Positions 13,811-27,889 of a stretch of DNA of 64,000 nucleotides are shown here, piece after piece. A model generated the notes under the pieces. That model was not told where the DNA came from and ran no database searches. It saw nothing but the letters and a program-made list of their open reading frames with translations. This DNA is from Camelus dromedarius (Eukaryota), in assembly GCF_036321535.1 (NCBI RefSeq), contig NC_087436.1, positions 17,050,001 to 17,114,000 on the forward strand, given 5' to 3'. Made by a program: the position numbers and the translations under genes. Positions within the stretch are counted from its first letter, which is position 1. Each line of letters begins with the position of its first letter.

Positions 13811-16800
13811 TAAAAATAAGTCTGTGGTTGTAAGGTGATGATTTCTGTCTTGCTCGCCATTTTCTCCAGTTGTTTCAGGGGCATATTCCACCATTAAGTG
13901 GCTGATTTTGAGTTTTCCTGAGGCTTTTTCGAGTTTTATTTCCTATCCCCTCCTTCAGTGTCTGAAGGTCAGCTATTCTTCTCAGGTTATTTATCTGCAT
14001 CTCTAATCTCTCATGGGCTGAGAAGTCAGATGGCAAAGCTAGAAGAGTATTTAACATAAAGCTAAGTGGCTGTAGAACTGAGGGCCCTGGAAGTTCCTTT
14101 CTGACTAATTCACTAATCTATGAATAGGTCAGGCACTGTGCTGGAACCTGTTGCGTATGCAATGACTTCACGCAATCTTGCGGTATATTTTGGCTGCATA
14201 GAAGCCACCTTCTCCTCCCACGCCTCCTCCTCCTTTTCTGTTACAGCCCAGTGTTCTTTCTCTTCTGAACATGCAGATTTGTCAGACAGAGATCCCTAAA
14301 TGAATGAAGTATCATTTTATTCCCAAACATACTTTTCTGTCTCACGGTGGATTATATTTATGTAACCCGAATGATTTCTTCTACATAATGGGAAACATTA
14401 GCAAAGAATTTGAATTTGTTAGATTATTCCGATTATTCTGCTACTAAAATACAGAGTGATATCTGTATCTCTCTGTTAAATACACTTCTCCACTTTCTCT
14501 ACAGACGCACATGCTGCTGTTTCCTGGTTAATTCATGTTTTCCCATAAAAATCTGAAAAGCTCTATATTTGTGTACATATTTTCTGTACTGTTCTTTCTC
14601 CTCACCCTTGGCGACTATATTCTTTTATTTCTCTTATGTGTTTCAAACACTTTCCTATGTATTGTTGCTAGCTGTACTGGTTTTTTTTCCAAATCTGATT
14701 TGATTTTTTTTTTCCTTGAGCTTTCACCAGCTGCCAGACTTGATTTTGTACCCTAAGAAATAAACACCACCTTCTCTCTGTGCATTCTTATATTCTCGTC
14801 TACCTCTGTATTCAGAAATTGGAACTTTTCATCACATCTCCACCTCTTGTGTATTTCAGTGTTTTTAGAAATGGTTATTCAAACTTGTGTTTGAGCTTTC
14901 AGGGTATCTTTTCATTTGCTAAACAGTCAAGAGCCCAGAAAGTCTTCTCTGAGTTTCCATCTGGTTGATATTTCCAAGCACAGTTTAGAAACAGAGGACA
15001 AATGTCAACTACTCGGAATCTGGAAAGACCTTAATAAATCCATGCTTTGATGGTGGTCATTTGCACTACTGTACTAATAAGTTTTTTGTGTAGATTGATC
15101 AATAGAGATTTGGCAGCTGGTGTTGCCCCAGCATACTCAGTTATATCTCCATAACTCCAGATAAATACATGAGTTAATTTAAGCAGTGATGCAAGTTGAT
15201 TCACAGGATGCACGTCTGTTGACTGCTCTTAAGGGATGAGAGCCCTTTGGGGGAAGGAACTTTATCTCACTCTCTGTGTTCACCTTTATATCTGTTTTGC
15301 TTAAAACTTAATAAAATGATTGCTGAATCCTTGATGATTAAACAAATACTCATTTGGTTGTTTGTCCATACTCAACTCCTTTCTCTTCTTCATCAGCACC
15401 ATTTGCTTCCTAACTAACTCATCTTTAATTCTGCTCTAGTGTTGTGAATATTTAAAAAATGAAAAATTGAAAGTGTTTAATTACTTTTCCATAATGTATT
15501 ATCTGTGACATCAACTACCTAATCAATATTTTACCTCTAATTGAATGTGCACATGAAGGACATTATAAATGATGTCGTACGTGCTCAATTTTGTCTTCTG
15601 ACTCCAGGAAGCTCTTCCTTTCTCCTCCATCTCCCCATTATGCTCCCGATTTGAGGATGATGCTACTGTCTGCGGTGGCATGCACATTTGTAGGTTGAAT
15701 GAAAAGACTCAAGCAGGAACTCATCACTAATTAGCAGTGCATTTCCCATAGTGCAAAACTGGCCTAAAGTTCCAGGAGGAAAAATAGAGTTGCTGAAGCT
15801 GAAAATTAGTCTGCCAGTTCAGACCCATAGCAAATTGTTACTGCTCTCAAACTTAGGATCTTTACAATAGATGATTGAAGATCCTCTTAACTAAAACATT
15901 GTAAATGGCATAACTGTGATGATCCTATTTGGAATTCAGCCCTTGTTTTTAGGGATTTACTGTTTTGAAAAGTGTTTGATAAATTTATAGCAGAAGAGAA
16001 AATGCTTCTGCCAACTATGTAAGTACTGTGGACATAATTTGTATTCCTGCTGTTACATGCAGAAACTGGTGCCAGAGGGAAAAAACGTAAAAAGAAATTT
16101 TGTTTGGAAAGAAACCAGCAGTCTGGAAAGGTAGTTTTGATCTATAAATATCTCTCTTTAGGAGAATTGAACACCAACTAAATTCAGTCTCAAAAATCAA
16201 AAGATAATCAAAATATTCCATTCACTTAAAAATGTTTATACAGGATACATTTTTGGATGAAGTTTCAAATAAGAATGGCATCAGAGGATCATGCTAAATT
16301 ATTTCATAATGAAAAATGTAAAAACCAATGCATTTTATGTATAATGAAATGCAAGTAAGTGTGTCAAAATGGAAATAACATGAGATAAGGCTGAAAGACC
16401 TTGATTAGCATCGTGGCTTGGCCATTTTAGGTATAGGTCATTGAAAAGGCTAGGTTTCCTCATTTATAAATGGAGTGAACTACTCAAAAGTTAAAACCTT
16501 TTAATAGAACCATGTTTGCTAAAATGTGTCGTACATTGTGAAGCAACATGCAAATGAAGGCATGATTATTTAAAAGAACTGCATGACCTGGGATACTCCA
16601 AGTATACAAAGTTCCTAATAAGTACCTAAGAAATATGCCATAACCACATAGTTCTACATGTTGATTAAAGCATTATTAGACAATTTCTAAATTTTATTTA
16701 TGGTGTGCTGATCACCATACAGTTATTTCATGAAAAAGAGGACCTTTGCTTATTGAACATGAAGAAGTGTCATTGAGTCCGTGGTTTTTTCCTCCCTCAT

Positions 16801-17779
16801 TCTGCCTCAATCCTCTGTAAGCCAAGCTTCTCTTCTCTTTGCCTTCATGGAAAAAGGAATCAATGATGGCCTAGAGTTTAATACTGGTTATATATTTTTA
16901 AAAGCATTTTCAGAACTAACATATCCACCAAAATTATCTGTAACCTATACATCCTAATTTTGGAGACACACTTATTTTCAGTTGAACACCTGGCCATAAA
17001 CTCCCTCATATATTTTGTGCCCTCCTCTGCTTCTTCTGCCTTGAATTTCTACAAGTGTGGGTAGAAGATCATGAGGAATAATTGTTTTCCTAGAACCCCA
17101 CAATAGAAGCTAGTGTTTTTCGGCTAGGGAATACAGAAAAGTGAAAGCTCTCAGGAGAAGAACCCAAGGACCTGAATATTGGTTTGTGCCATAATAACAT
17201 TCCCCAAGTGAGTCCTGAATTTCAAAGATTTTTAAAATACTTTCTGCACCTGGATATGTGTGTTTGTCAATAATAATAACAGTAGCAACAAAAAACAGAT
17301 TATCATTCAGCCCAAGCTGTCTATACAGTCCTCATGAAAAATTAAAAATTTTTTCAATACATCAACCTCCCCTTCCTTAGAAGTGTTTTGTTAAGTCCAT
17401 TTCTACAGAATCTAATAGAACATTTATAGTTTTACATTAAAGCATAATTAATGTTCAACCAAAATTGCGTGAACAAAATGCTTTCAATATCCTGGAAACT
17501 ATCAACTCTTACAGAAGAAACCTCTAAATTATGCTAAGTTTTTATGACATAATCGTTGGAAAGTTGTCATTTTAACAGTGTTGTAAAGTAATCATTTAGA
17601 AATAGTTTCATTCCTCTCAAGTTACCATTGAAATGTCATATTTAACATCTGAATTTTAAAACATAAATTCACTATATCATGATCTGCAACATTGTTCCTG
17701 TCCTATTAAAAAAATATTTCTATAAGATGTTTGCTAGCCTATATGTAGACACAGTCAGATTATTTATTACATAAACATT

Positions 17780-17970
17780 GATAGAAGCTTAGCTACAAAT
17801 ATCTGGATCAAAGGTCCTTAACTATATATTCATGGCCAAACTTCAGGGGAATCCTTTAATCTCCTGAAATTGTGTACAAAATTGTTATCTATCGATATAG
17901 GAGTATTTATTGATAGGGTTTGGATACCCAAAGTGGGCCATCACCCACTGAAAGATAAAAACACTATTCT
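17780..17970. mobile_element. Possible ancient hAT DNA transposon remnant
   Basis: aaaggtccttaac...cttcaggggaatcc...ctcctgaaattgtgtacaaaatt...gataaaaacacta resembles degraded Charlie-family MERs. Confidence 0.35.
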
Positions 17971-19704
17971 AAGTAATATATACAAATTTTAAAATTGTAT
18001 TCATTCACGTATTTGACGAAAACATAAAAGTTTCCCTCTGTCTTCCTTGATTTTATTTGAATACTGTGAATTCACCGAATATTTTATTTTCATCCACCTT
18101 AAGATATTTACAACACTCTCCTCGTATTATCTTTTTCAGAAGTTACATCCTCGTATGCTCAGTACTGGTTATGAGGTTTCTGAGGGGGTATTCACATAAA
18201 TTTTGGACATCCAGAATCATCTAAAGAGATATTCATTATTTATTGTACATTTATTGAGCCCACAGCTACTATTTTAGGAGTTGGTGTTAAAAGCCAAGCA
18301 AGTCAACACTTCTAATGTATGTGAAAAGTGCCAGAGCAAAGTGTGCAGCAAACAGCACAGAACAGGATGTGTGTGTTCCCCTCAGCAGACTTGGTCCACC
18401 GCATGATTCGTCTTAAGGCTTTACCTGGGAAAATATGTGGACAAGTCTCATTGTTTCCAAACTGATGAATTTTTTAAAAATTATTGAGTTCTTTTTCCTT
18501 CGCCATCATTTGGTCATGCCTGATTTATTAAGTATTGTACTTTTAGATATTTATTAGACTTTAATATTTCTCCCTTGATCTATCATTTATTTGTCACCCA
18601 ATGATATACTAATTTAGCTATTTTTGCTTCAAATGTATTTTAGTATAGAGAAGGGCTGGTAGCATGTAATCCTCCTCATTTTTTTTTAATATTCTTCAAC
18701 ATTCTCCACAACAAATTATCAAAAATGGAATTTAAAATGAAAGCATCATGTTTTCAGAAAAATTCTTGTAAGATTTTGATTTCTAGCTCCATCAGGAATG
18801 CATGTGGTTGAAAAGAGCAGAAAACAGACAAGAAATAGCTTTCAAAAAATTCTCTTTCACATGTAACAATCTAGAGAGTACAGCAGCTCCGTGGTACCAT
18901 AAGAGATTTGGGGATTTTTCTCTATTTCCCATTCTTCTGTCTTTAAACTCTAAGACTGTCTTCAAGCTTCTTCCCTTAAGGCCTTGATAGCTCATGTATC
19001 ATTAGACCACAGATCTGAGTTCTAGGCAGAAAGAGGGAGGAAGGAGTAAAGAAAAAAAAAAACCAAACCCTAAAAACAAACAAACAAAACCCTATCCCTT
19101 GTGTCCCAGTGACACTTTGCCTCTTTATGGGATGAGAAGCTCTGGGACTCTCACCAACTCTCACGGATCATAATAACATTTCATAGCATCATGAGCTACA
19201 TTGGAGGCCAGAGAGTTGAGTAGCAGAGGTATTCAGACTGTAAAGTTAAAGAGATAAGCAATAAAGGTGTCGCTACTATGTTTTGGTAGCCAGTCCAGAG
19301 TCTGCAATCATATTTCATCAAATTAGTAAATATCTTGGAGAAATGTACACATATGTGTGTTTATTTATATATACCTTTCCCTAAAAACAAGTGTGTTTTT
19401 CTCCATTAATCCCAGGCTTTTTATATAATCTCTCTAAAAGGGCAGCAATTAGCATTTATGGAGAGCTTTCTGTTTTATAGGCAATTGTGCTTATAAGCAC
19501 TTTGCTTATATTCACTCATACTCAGAGTAAGCCATGAAGAGAAATGGAGATGACCAGTGTACACTGATATACAGAGCTCACAACGGTACAACTTAAGTGA
19601 GCATGACTGCGTACAGCATGCTTCCTTTCACATAAATTTTTTTTTCAGTTAAAGAATTAGAGAGCTAAATCAGAAATTAATTAAAATAATTACCTACAGA
19701 TAGT

Positions 19705-19990
19705 GCAAGACATTTGGGGAACAACTATGGCAATTTGATCATGGACTGGACATTGCATGACATTAAGATATTATTATTCCTTGTGGGATAATGGTATTGT
19801 TATGTAGCATCTGCAACTTTCGGTCAGCTTGGTAAATGATGTATGTGTGCAGGTGGGTGTGTGATAAATAATCAACTATGAGAGAAAGCTGATAATGTGA
19901 AGTCAAGTTGATCACGTGGTAATACCTTGTAGTATTCTTTGAATTTTCATGTTAGAAATATTTATAATTAAAAGATGTAAAAAGTAAAAT
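19705..19990 (+). mobile_element. Ancient L1 (L1MC/ME-type) 3' UTR fragment
   Basis: gacatttggggaacaact...atggactggacatt...gtgggataatggtattgttatgtag...gaattttcatgttagaaatatttataattaaaag. Confidence 0.6.
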
Positions 19991-21559
19991 ATAAATATTA
20001 TACATAGTTGACTTGAACTATATGTTGACCTTTATTCAAAAATGTCAAAAATTTAACAAAAGCCACACCAGTTTTTGCTAATTTACAACTTGTTTTAAAT
20101 TCATGGCATTGTAAGTTTGGCAACTGTCCAATAAAGAGAATGAAATTAGACTGAGAAGGCAAATGAGAAAAAAGTAAAATGTGAGTTTTATTTGTATAAA
20201 GAAATCTGAAGAATAACAGTGTTTTCAGGGTTACAAGAGTTTTTCTAAGATGCAAAATGTCTAGTCATTTTCCCCTTCTGGGAATGAAGAACAGGTCTTA
20301 ATAGTAATTATAAAAACTTTCATTTGCATAGCACTTTATAGTTCCCAAAATACTTTTCTGTCTCCTGACAGGTATGGTTGTAGGAAACCTAAGTAAGCTA
20401 CTAAGAATAATTTATGATTCACCCTCATTCTTTGGCAGAGAACAGACAAGCCCATGACAGTTGGGTTGTACAATTCTCCAGTAGTTAAAGAGAAGCAATG
20501 TGTAACCCCTTGGGATCCCTTTCAGTTTATGCTTTTACATTTCCCATCCTTTGTTATACAAAACAAACTATGCTTAAATAAAACATTAAATCCAAGGTAA
20601 TCTATGTAAACCAGTGTCCCAAGAGCAGCATTTAATTAGACCTGGGGTCTATTATTCACATGCTTTTTTTTTTTTTTTTTTTTTTTTGCCTGAAAGCTAT
20701 ATTCAGCAAATGATATTTCTATAATAGAAACAGTTATCATTACTGCAAAAGTGAATCTACCATTTGTGTAAAGTGGTAATTGCTGAGTTTTAAAACACAT
20801 ACAACACCCCTAATACTTTGGATTCCATGGCAGGTTAGCCCTTTAACTGCTAGCAATGAAAATAGGATTTTCTTCCTAGTTGCCATGTGTTTCCCAGAGG
20901 AATGTGTGATCCAAACAAATGTTAGCTATAGATATGTTTATATGTTTTGCTTTGCGACATCTTTCCCATTTGAATTGGCCTCTTTTAAATTCTTAGATTT
21001 CGCTGGGGCAGTTTTAGATACCTATTTGTGGACCTGTGCTCTTCCTATTCCTTACCTTATTTTTATTTGGTGGGGTTTTCTTCTAAGATGTTTTCTATGT
21101 CAGATAAATTATAGGCCAATAAAAAACAAAATAAGCTTGTTCAGAGGCAGTGATGTGGACCTCAAGGCAGTGTAATGGCTTAATCAAGCAAATTCTCTAG
21201 AAGCATTTGGTTTAAGTCCCTTCCTCTGATTTAAGTTTTTAAATGAGCAACTAGGTAAAAATATTCAAATTAGCCCTTTCTCAAGATAAAGAGATTAGAT
21301 GTACAAAAGTATTTAGAGTGGTCTTTCAGATTAAGTCTTCCAAGTGTGTAACATGATTGCTGCTGCAGAAGCCAGATCCTATGAGCTTCAGGTTACTTTG
21401 CAAGTAGTGGGATTAAATTTAGTTGAGCAAGACCTAGGCGTCTAACTTGTAGGGTGGCATGCACTCTGGAGGCCACAGAATCTGACTGCACTCCATGGGA
21501 GGCCAAGACAACTGGTTGTGCTAGAAAGAAAGTGAGATGACCCATCAGGTCAAGTAAGT

Positions 21560-22100
21560 AGTCAGCGCCCTAGAGGGAGATGTGGCTGAGCAAACAAAGA
21601 GGTACGTGAATTAAGCCCAGAACAACAAACAGGACCAAAATATTGCTTAGAAACCAATAATAGAATCAACATTAAAAAAAGAACTGTTGCAAGATAAAGC
21701 AATACCCCCAAAGAAAAAGATGAAGTAAGTAATAAATACAAAACAAATGAAAAAAACAGGAACAAAATGTAAGAAATGAGAAGATTAATCTGTAAAGTAC
21801 AACTCTGAATTATAAGAATTTCCAAAAGTAAAGATAGAAAGAAAATGAAGGGAGATTATCACAGAAATAATGGAAGAAAACTTTCCAAACATTTAAGATA
21901 AAAGCCCTCAATGTAACCATCAAAATAAATGCAATAAGACACCCACCAATTTGTTACATTACATTATTCAAAAGCTTACAAAGAGAAAATGAAATAAATA
22001 AAAAGAGGTTATCTTCAAATCAGTTTGAACAAAAATGGCATAGAGCATGCTAAGAACAACACTGACTATGAGAAGACAATGGAGAAATGCATCTGAAATC
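21560..22100 (+). mobile_element. Ancient L1/HAL1 ORF1-region remnant
   Basis: A-rich; ctctgaattataagaatttccaaaag...gaaataatggaagaaaactttccaaac...gaagacaatggagaaatgc echo the ORF1 motifs EIIEENFP and RQWSNAF. Confidence 0.55.
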
Positions 22101-22199
22101 GAGCCTCCTGACTTGGAACTATTATTTAGTATTTTTAGGTCCACCTACACACTGTTTTATACATTCAACATTTGTTTAGAATTTTTTGTGTTTTTACCA

Positions 22200-23600
22200 G
22201 TTTCTTAGCTCATCAATTTTTCTTACATTTCCAGCTTCTTTCTGGGATCCATCTTTTTCTAGATATATGCCCTTTAGAAAAATTTTAGTTGATTTATCAT
22301 CATGTTTATCACATTCTCATTTTTATTTCTCTGAAATTATCTTTATTTCCATTTTGGTCATGAATCATAGGTAAGTTGGGCATTTAATTCTTGATCTGCA
22401 GTCATTTTCTCCAATACTTTAGTGATATTAATTTAGATCTATTGTGGTTGCCACTTTTATTGTCACTCATTTTTATGTAGCTATGTTGTCCACCTCTTGG
22501 TCTTTGATTCCATACAGCTTCACTGAGAGGTGTTTAGACATGTAAAATTAAAAAAACAAATTTTTTAAATTTAAGTTTTTTCTTCTTTGGGATTCCAGAA
22601 TCTTAAATTTCTACATTTCATTATGTTCTGTAAATTCTCACCCACTATTCTTTAGAACATGTCACCTTTTCATTATACTTTGTTCTCTTAAAACTCCCAT
22701 TGGGTTTATAACGGAATCTGTCATTCTTTTCTTCGTATCTCATGATGTATCTTTCATGTTTTCTATCTACTGTGCATTTTTGCTAAGTTTTTTACTTAGC
22801 GAATACTTCTTTTGGATTACTCATTCTTCTTCACACTATTTCACTTTTTAACTGATAAGGAAGTTTACAATTTTAATAATTATATTTCTCACCTATTTAG
22901 TTCTTTTCTACATCACTAGATATTTTAAAACAATTTTATTAATTGCTCATGTTTTTGATCCAGTCTTATTACTTTAAACTCATTAATTTTCATTATATTA
23001 TTTATATTTTTAAAATTTGAACTTCTCAGGAGTCAAAATCTGCAGTATGTTGTCCTGCTTTAACTAATGGCTGCCTGTTTCCTGGGGCATTGTGTGTATT
23101 TTGGATTATGAGTCTATAAATCTCTTAGAAAAGGTTTGTTGTGGCTTCTCTCCAGGTTTCTGGGATACCCCTGTCATGGAACAACTATAAATTAATTTCT
23201 GAGTTTGGAGTTTTGGGAACAATATAGTTATTGTAAATTTAAATCCTAAACCCAGGAGAGGTTAATTGTAGTTATAAATTCTCAATAGAGGTAGGGTTTT
23301 TTTTTGTTTTTTGTTTTTTCATTTTTTCTTTCTTTTTTTCCTGCTTAGTATTCAGGTTATTCCAGACATGTTTCTTTTCTCCAGGGACAGATTTTTGTCT
23401 AGTCCCTTCTTTCACTGAGCTTAAACTATATGTGGAGATAATATATAGAACAATGTACGGAGATAATAACTCCAGCTCTTCACTTTATGTAGGCTCGAGG
23501 CTTAATTCCTGCCTTCTGTCCCCAGCTGTGGATATTAGTTATAGATGACAGAGATTAACAAAGGACCCATGAGAAGCTAAGCTTTATCTTCAGCCTTTTA
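22200..23600 (-). mobile_element. Ancient L1/HAL1 ORF1-region remnant, antisense
   Basis: T-rich mirror of ORF1: ttctctgaaattatctttatttcc, ttcactgagaggtgtttagacatg, ctgtaaattctcacccactattcttta, aactcccattgggtttataacggaatc. Confidence 0.5.
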
Positions 23601-24224
23601 ATTTCGTATTAATTTTGCATTTTCACTTATTTAATAGGGGATCATAGAATCTACAGGTTGTAAGGGACCTGAGCTTTCTACCTCCCCTCTCCCATTCTCT
23701 GTCATTCCAGTGTTTTAATATAGCACACTTGGAAAGTGTTCTTAGAGCCATGCTTGCATCAATTATCAGGCATGAACTTTTTTTTAAGGTGGTCCATCCT
23801 TTATTTTGTGATCACTTGTTGACTGCACTTAATTTTTCATGATTTTTTCCAGATTTATGTTTTATTTGATAAATTTTAACTACTCATTCCACTTCTTTAT
23901 CCTTAAAAACTTATATCAGGGTGGCATTTTGTATTTACATGTTAGTTTGATTATTTCAAAGAATCTATTTTGAAAAAGAAAGGTTGAATTGAACTATGCT
24001 ATAATTTTTGTCAGAATTAGTTTATTTCACACATTTTCTAATGAAGTTTATTTCATCTAGGTATAGAAATTTTAGATGTATAACAAAACCTCACTAATTT
24101 TTATTAATTGAGAAGAAAATGGTTACTGTCAACAAGATGTATTAATAAAATTTTTTAGGAATTTCAGGGGCATTGCTTTTAAGTTAGTTAAACAAATTAA
24201 TAGATAATAAAATATTGCCAAGAA

Positions 24225-25220
24225 TGCCTACCAAACATCAATAAGACATATTCACCTACTAACAGAGCCCCAAGCTACCCAAGACAAAAATTGACAGAAT
24301 TGAAAGGAAAAATAGAAAATTCAATAATAATCGTTGGAGCCTTCAATTTCCTACTTTTGATAATGGATAGAAAACAAATAGGCAGAAGATCAACAAGGAA
24401 AGAGAAATTTAAACAAGACTGAAAATCAGCTACACTTATGGATATCTGCAGAGTACACTAGTCAACAGCAGCAAAATACACATTCTTCTCAAGCACCTTT
24501 AGAACATTCTCCAGGATAAAGAATATCCTACATTGTAAAATAAGCCTCAACACATTTTACAAGTATTAAATTTGTACAAAATATGTTCTTTGACCACAAT
24601 ATAATCAAGTTAGAAATCAACATCAATAAAATTTGGGAAATTCTCAATATGTGTAAAATAAACAACACTGCCTCAGTAGCCAATAGACCAAAGAAGAAAT
24701 CTCAATTGAAATTTAAGAAAGTACTTTGAGATCAGTGCAAATAAAAAATGCAGCATACTGGAACTTATGGGATACAACTAAAGTAGTGTTTAGAGGGAAA
24801 TGTATACTTCCAAAAGCCTATATTAAAAAAAGAAGAAAGATGTCTAATCAGCAACTAAACTTTCCACCCCAAGAATCTAGAAAAGAAAGGCAAAGTAAAT
24901 AAATAAAATAAAGTGTAGAGAGGAAATTATGAAATAAGAATAGAAAAAGAATAGAGTACTCACTTGAGTTGGAGGATTCATGATTTAAAAATTTAACTAC
25001 AAAGCAATAGTAATCAAAACAGTATGATTTCTATGGATTGAATTGTATTCCTCCCAAATTCATATGTCAAAGCCCTAACCCCCAATGTGACTATATCTGG
25101 AAATAAGCTCTTTAATAGTAATTAAGGTTGTAAGGTCGTAACAGTGGGCCACAATCCCACAGAACTATGGCAAAATAAAAGATAGGCAAAAAGTTGGAAT
25201 AAACTTTCTCAAAAGAAGAC
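24225..25220 (+). mobile_element. Old L1 ORF2 (endonuclease region) remnant with internal deletions
   Basis: acagagcccc...aaaattgacagaattgaaaggaaaaatag...aataatcgttggagccttcaat (IIVGDFN-like), gcaaaatacacattcttctcaag, cttgaccacaat (SDHN-like), then later ORF2 pieces ctacaaagcaatagtaatcaaaacagtatg and taggcaaaaagttggaataaactttctcaaaagaagac. Confidence 0.8.
25031..25170 (+). mobile_element. MLT1 (ERVL-MaLR) LTR 5' fragment
   Basis: ctatggattgaattgtattcctcccaaattcatatgtcaaagccctaacccccaatgtgactatatctggaaataag matches the MLT1A/B LTR start. Confidence 0.8.
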
Positions 25221-25511
25221 ACAAACAATCAATGTCCCAAGACTGAACCAGTAAGAAGTAGATCATATGAACAGACTAATTATCAGTACTCAAATTGAAT
25301 CCCAACAAACAAAAGTTTAGAACCAGATGGGATCACAGGTGTATTCTACCAAACATTTAGAGAAAAGTTAACACCTATCCTTCTAAAACTATTTCAAAAA
25401 ACTGCATAAGACGGAGCACTTCTGAACTCATTCTGTGAGTCCACCATCACCCTGATACCAAAACTAGACAAAGATACCACAAAGAAAGAAAATTACAGGC
25501 CAATATCACTG

Positions 25512-25835
25512 ATGAACATTGATGCAAAAATCCTCAATAAAATATTAGCAAACCAAATCCACCAATACATTAGAAGGATAATACACCATGATCAAGTGGG
25601 ATTTATCCCAGGGATGCAAGGATTTTTCAATATTTGCAAATCAATCAATGTGATACACTACATTAACACACTGAAGAATAAAAATCACGTGATCATCTCA
25701 ATAGATGCAGAAAAAGCTTTTGATAAAATGCAACATCCATTTATGATTAAAAAAAAAAAAACTCTCCAAAAAGTGGGCATGGAGGGGAGTTACCTCAACT
25801 TAATAAAGGCCGTATCTGACAAGCACAACAGCTAA
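25512..25835 (+). pseudogene. L1 ORF2 reverse-transcriptase fragment (disrupted)
   Basis: Recognisable L1 RT residues. The frame is disturbed at the A-run 25749-25761, and the downstream FADD motif reads VADG at 26012-26023. Confidence 0.92.
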
Positions 25836-27325
25836 CATCATACTCAATGGTGAAAAGCTGAAAGCATTTCCTCTAAGATCAGGAATAAGACAAGGATGCC
25901 CACTATTGCCACTTCTATTCAACATAATTTTCAAAGTCCTAGCCACAGCAATCAGAGAAGAAATAAAAAATAAAAGGAATCTAAATTGGAAAAGAAGTAA
26001 AACTGTCACTGGTTGCAGATGGCATGATACTATACATAGACAATTCTTAAGACATTACCAGAAAACTACTAGAGCTCATTAATGAATTTGGTAAAGTTGC
26101 AGGATATAAAATTAATATACAGAAACCTGTTGCATTTCTGTACACTAACAATGAAATATCAGAAAGAGAAATTAAGGAAATAATCCCATTTACCATGACA
26201 TCAAAAAGAATAAAATAGCTAGGAATAAACCTACCTAAGGAAGCAAAAAACCTATACTCTAAAGAGTTTAAGATGCTGATGAAAGGAATTGAAGATGACA
26301 CAAACAAATGGAAAGATATACCGTGTTCTTGGATTGGAAGAAAAAAACAAACACATAGTTAAATGAAACAGACTAGAGAGCCTCCCCTGAAAAATCCGTG
26401 CACCTATTGTCAATTAGTCTTTGACAAAGGAGGCAAGAATATGCAATGAAGGAAAGACAGTCTCTTCAATAAGCGGTGCTGGGAAAACTGGACAGCTGCA
26501 CATTAAAGACTGAAATTAGAACATTGTCAAACACTGTATAAAAAATAAACTCAGAGTGGATTAAAGACCTAAATATAAGACTGAAACTCCTAGGGGAAAA
26601 CATAGGCAGAACACTCTTTGACTTAAATCGGAGCAATATTTTTTTTGGATTCACCTCCTAGAGCAGTGGGAATAAAAACAAAAATAAATAAATGGGACCT
26701 AACTAAACTTAAAGGCTTTTGCAAAGCAAAGGAAACCATACAAAAAATGAAAAGAGAATCTATGGAATGGGAGAAAATATTTGCAAAAATGTGACCTATA
26801 AGGTATTAATTTCAAAAATATATAAACAGCTCATACAGCTTAATGTAAAAAAAAAAAAATCCAATCAAAAAATGGGAAAAAGACTTAAGTAGACATTTCT
26901 CCAAAGAAGACATACAGATGGCCAACAGGCACTTGAAAAAATTCTCAGTATCACTAATTATTACAGAATGCAAATCAAAACTACAGTGAGATATCACACC
27001 TCACACCAGTCAGAATGGCCATCATTATAAAGTCTACAAATAGTAAATGCTGGAGAGGGTGTGGAGAAAAAGGAACCCTCCTATACTGTTGGTGGGAATG
27101 TAAATTGGTGCAGCAACTATGAAGAAAAGTATGGAGGTTTCTTAAAAAACTAAAAATAGAGTTACCATATGTCAGCATTTCCACCCCTGGGCATATATTG
27201 GGAGAAAACTCTAATTCAAAAAGATACATGCACCGCAGTGTTCATAGCAGCACTATTTATAATAATTAGGACATGGAAGCAATCTAAATGTCCATCCACA
27301 GATGAAAGGATAAAGAAGATGTGGT

Positions 27326-27349
27326 GTATATATATTATATATAAATATA

Positions 27350-27402
<53 letters not shown>
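27326..27402. repeat. Compound (TA)n/(TG)n/(TA)n microsatellite inside the L1
   Basis: tatatattatatataaatatat followed by gtgtgt... and tatatata..., visible directly. Confidence 0.95.
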
Positions 27403-27406
<4 letters not shown>

Positions 27407-27889
27407 GATACTACTCGGCCATGAAAAAGAATGAAATAATGCCATTTGCAGCAACATGTATGGGCCTAGAGATGATCATACTAAGTGAAGTAAGCCAGAC
27501 AAAGAAAGACAAATATCATATATCACTTACATGTGGAATCTAAAAAGTGATACATATTCACTTATTTACAAACCATAAATAGACTCACAGATATAGAAAA
27601 CAAACTTATGGTTATCAAAGGGGAAAGGTGGAGGAAGGATAAATTACAAGTTTGTGGTTAACATATACACACTACTATATATTAAATAGATAAATAAGAA
27701 GGACCTACTGTATAGGACAGGGAACTATATTCAATATCTTGTAATCAATTATAATGAAAAATAATCTGAAAAAAGTTATATATATATAACTGAATCACTT
27801 TGCTGTACACTTAAAGCTAACACAAAATTGTAAATCAACTATGCTTCAATTAAAAAACACTGGCACATAAAACATGTCAATGAAACTAT

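Larger units (their letters stand above)
25222..27858 (+). mobile_element. 5'-truncated, relatively young cetartiodactyl-type L1 (ORF2 RT to 3' UTR), inactivated
   Basis: ORF 25512-25835 [37 protein letters not shown]...DAEKAFDK is the L1 RT. C-terminal motifs lie in 27169-27543 (KKNEIMPFAAT...LSEVSQ). The 3' UTR ends ttgtaaatcaactatgcttcaattaaaaaa. Frameshifts and stops throughout. Confidence 0.97.

Noticed and set aside
20780..21175. 131-aa ORF, and similar ORFs at 2443, 46283, 47803 and 48561
   Set aside because: Mostly non-ATG starts, F/L/I/C-rich composition typical of AT-rich non-coding DNA, and no recognisable domain.
25800..27229. Minus-strand hydrophobic ORFs (69, 86, 62, 61, 82 aa)
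   Set aside because: These are antisense readings of the A-rich L1 ORF2 region.
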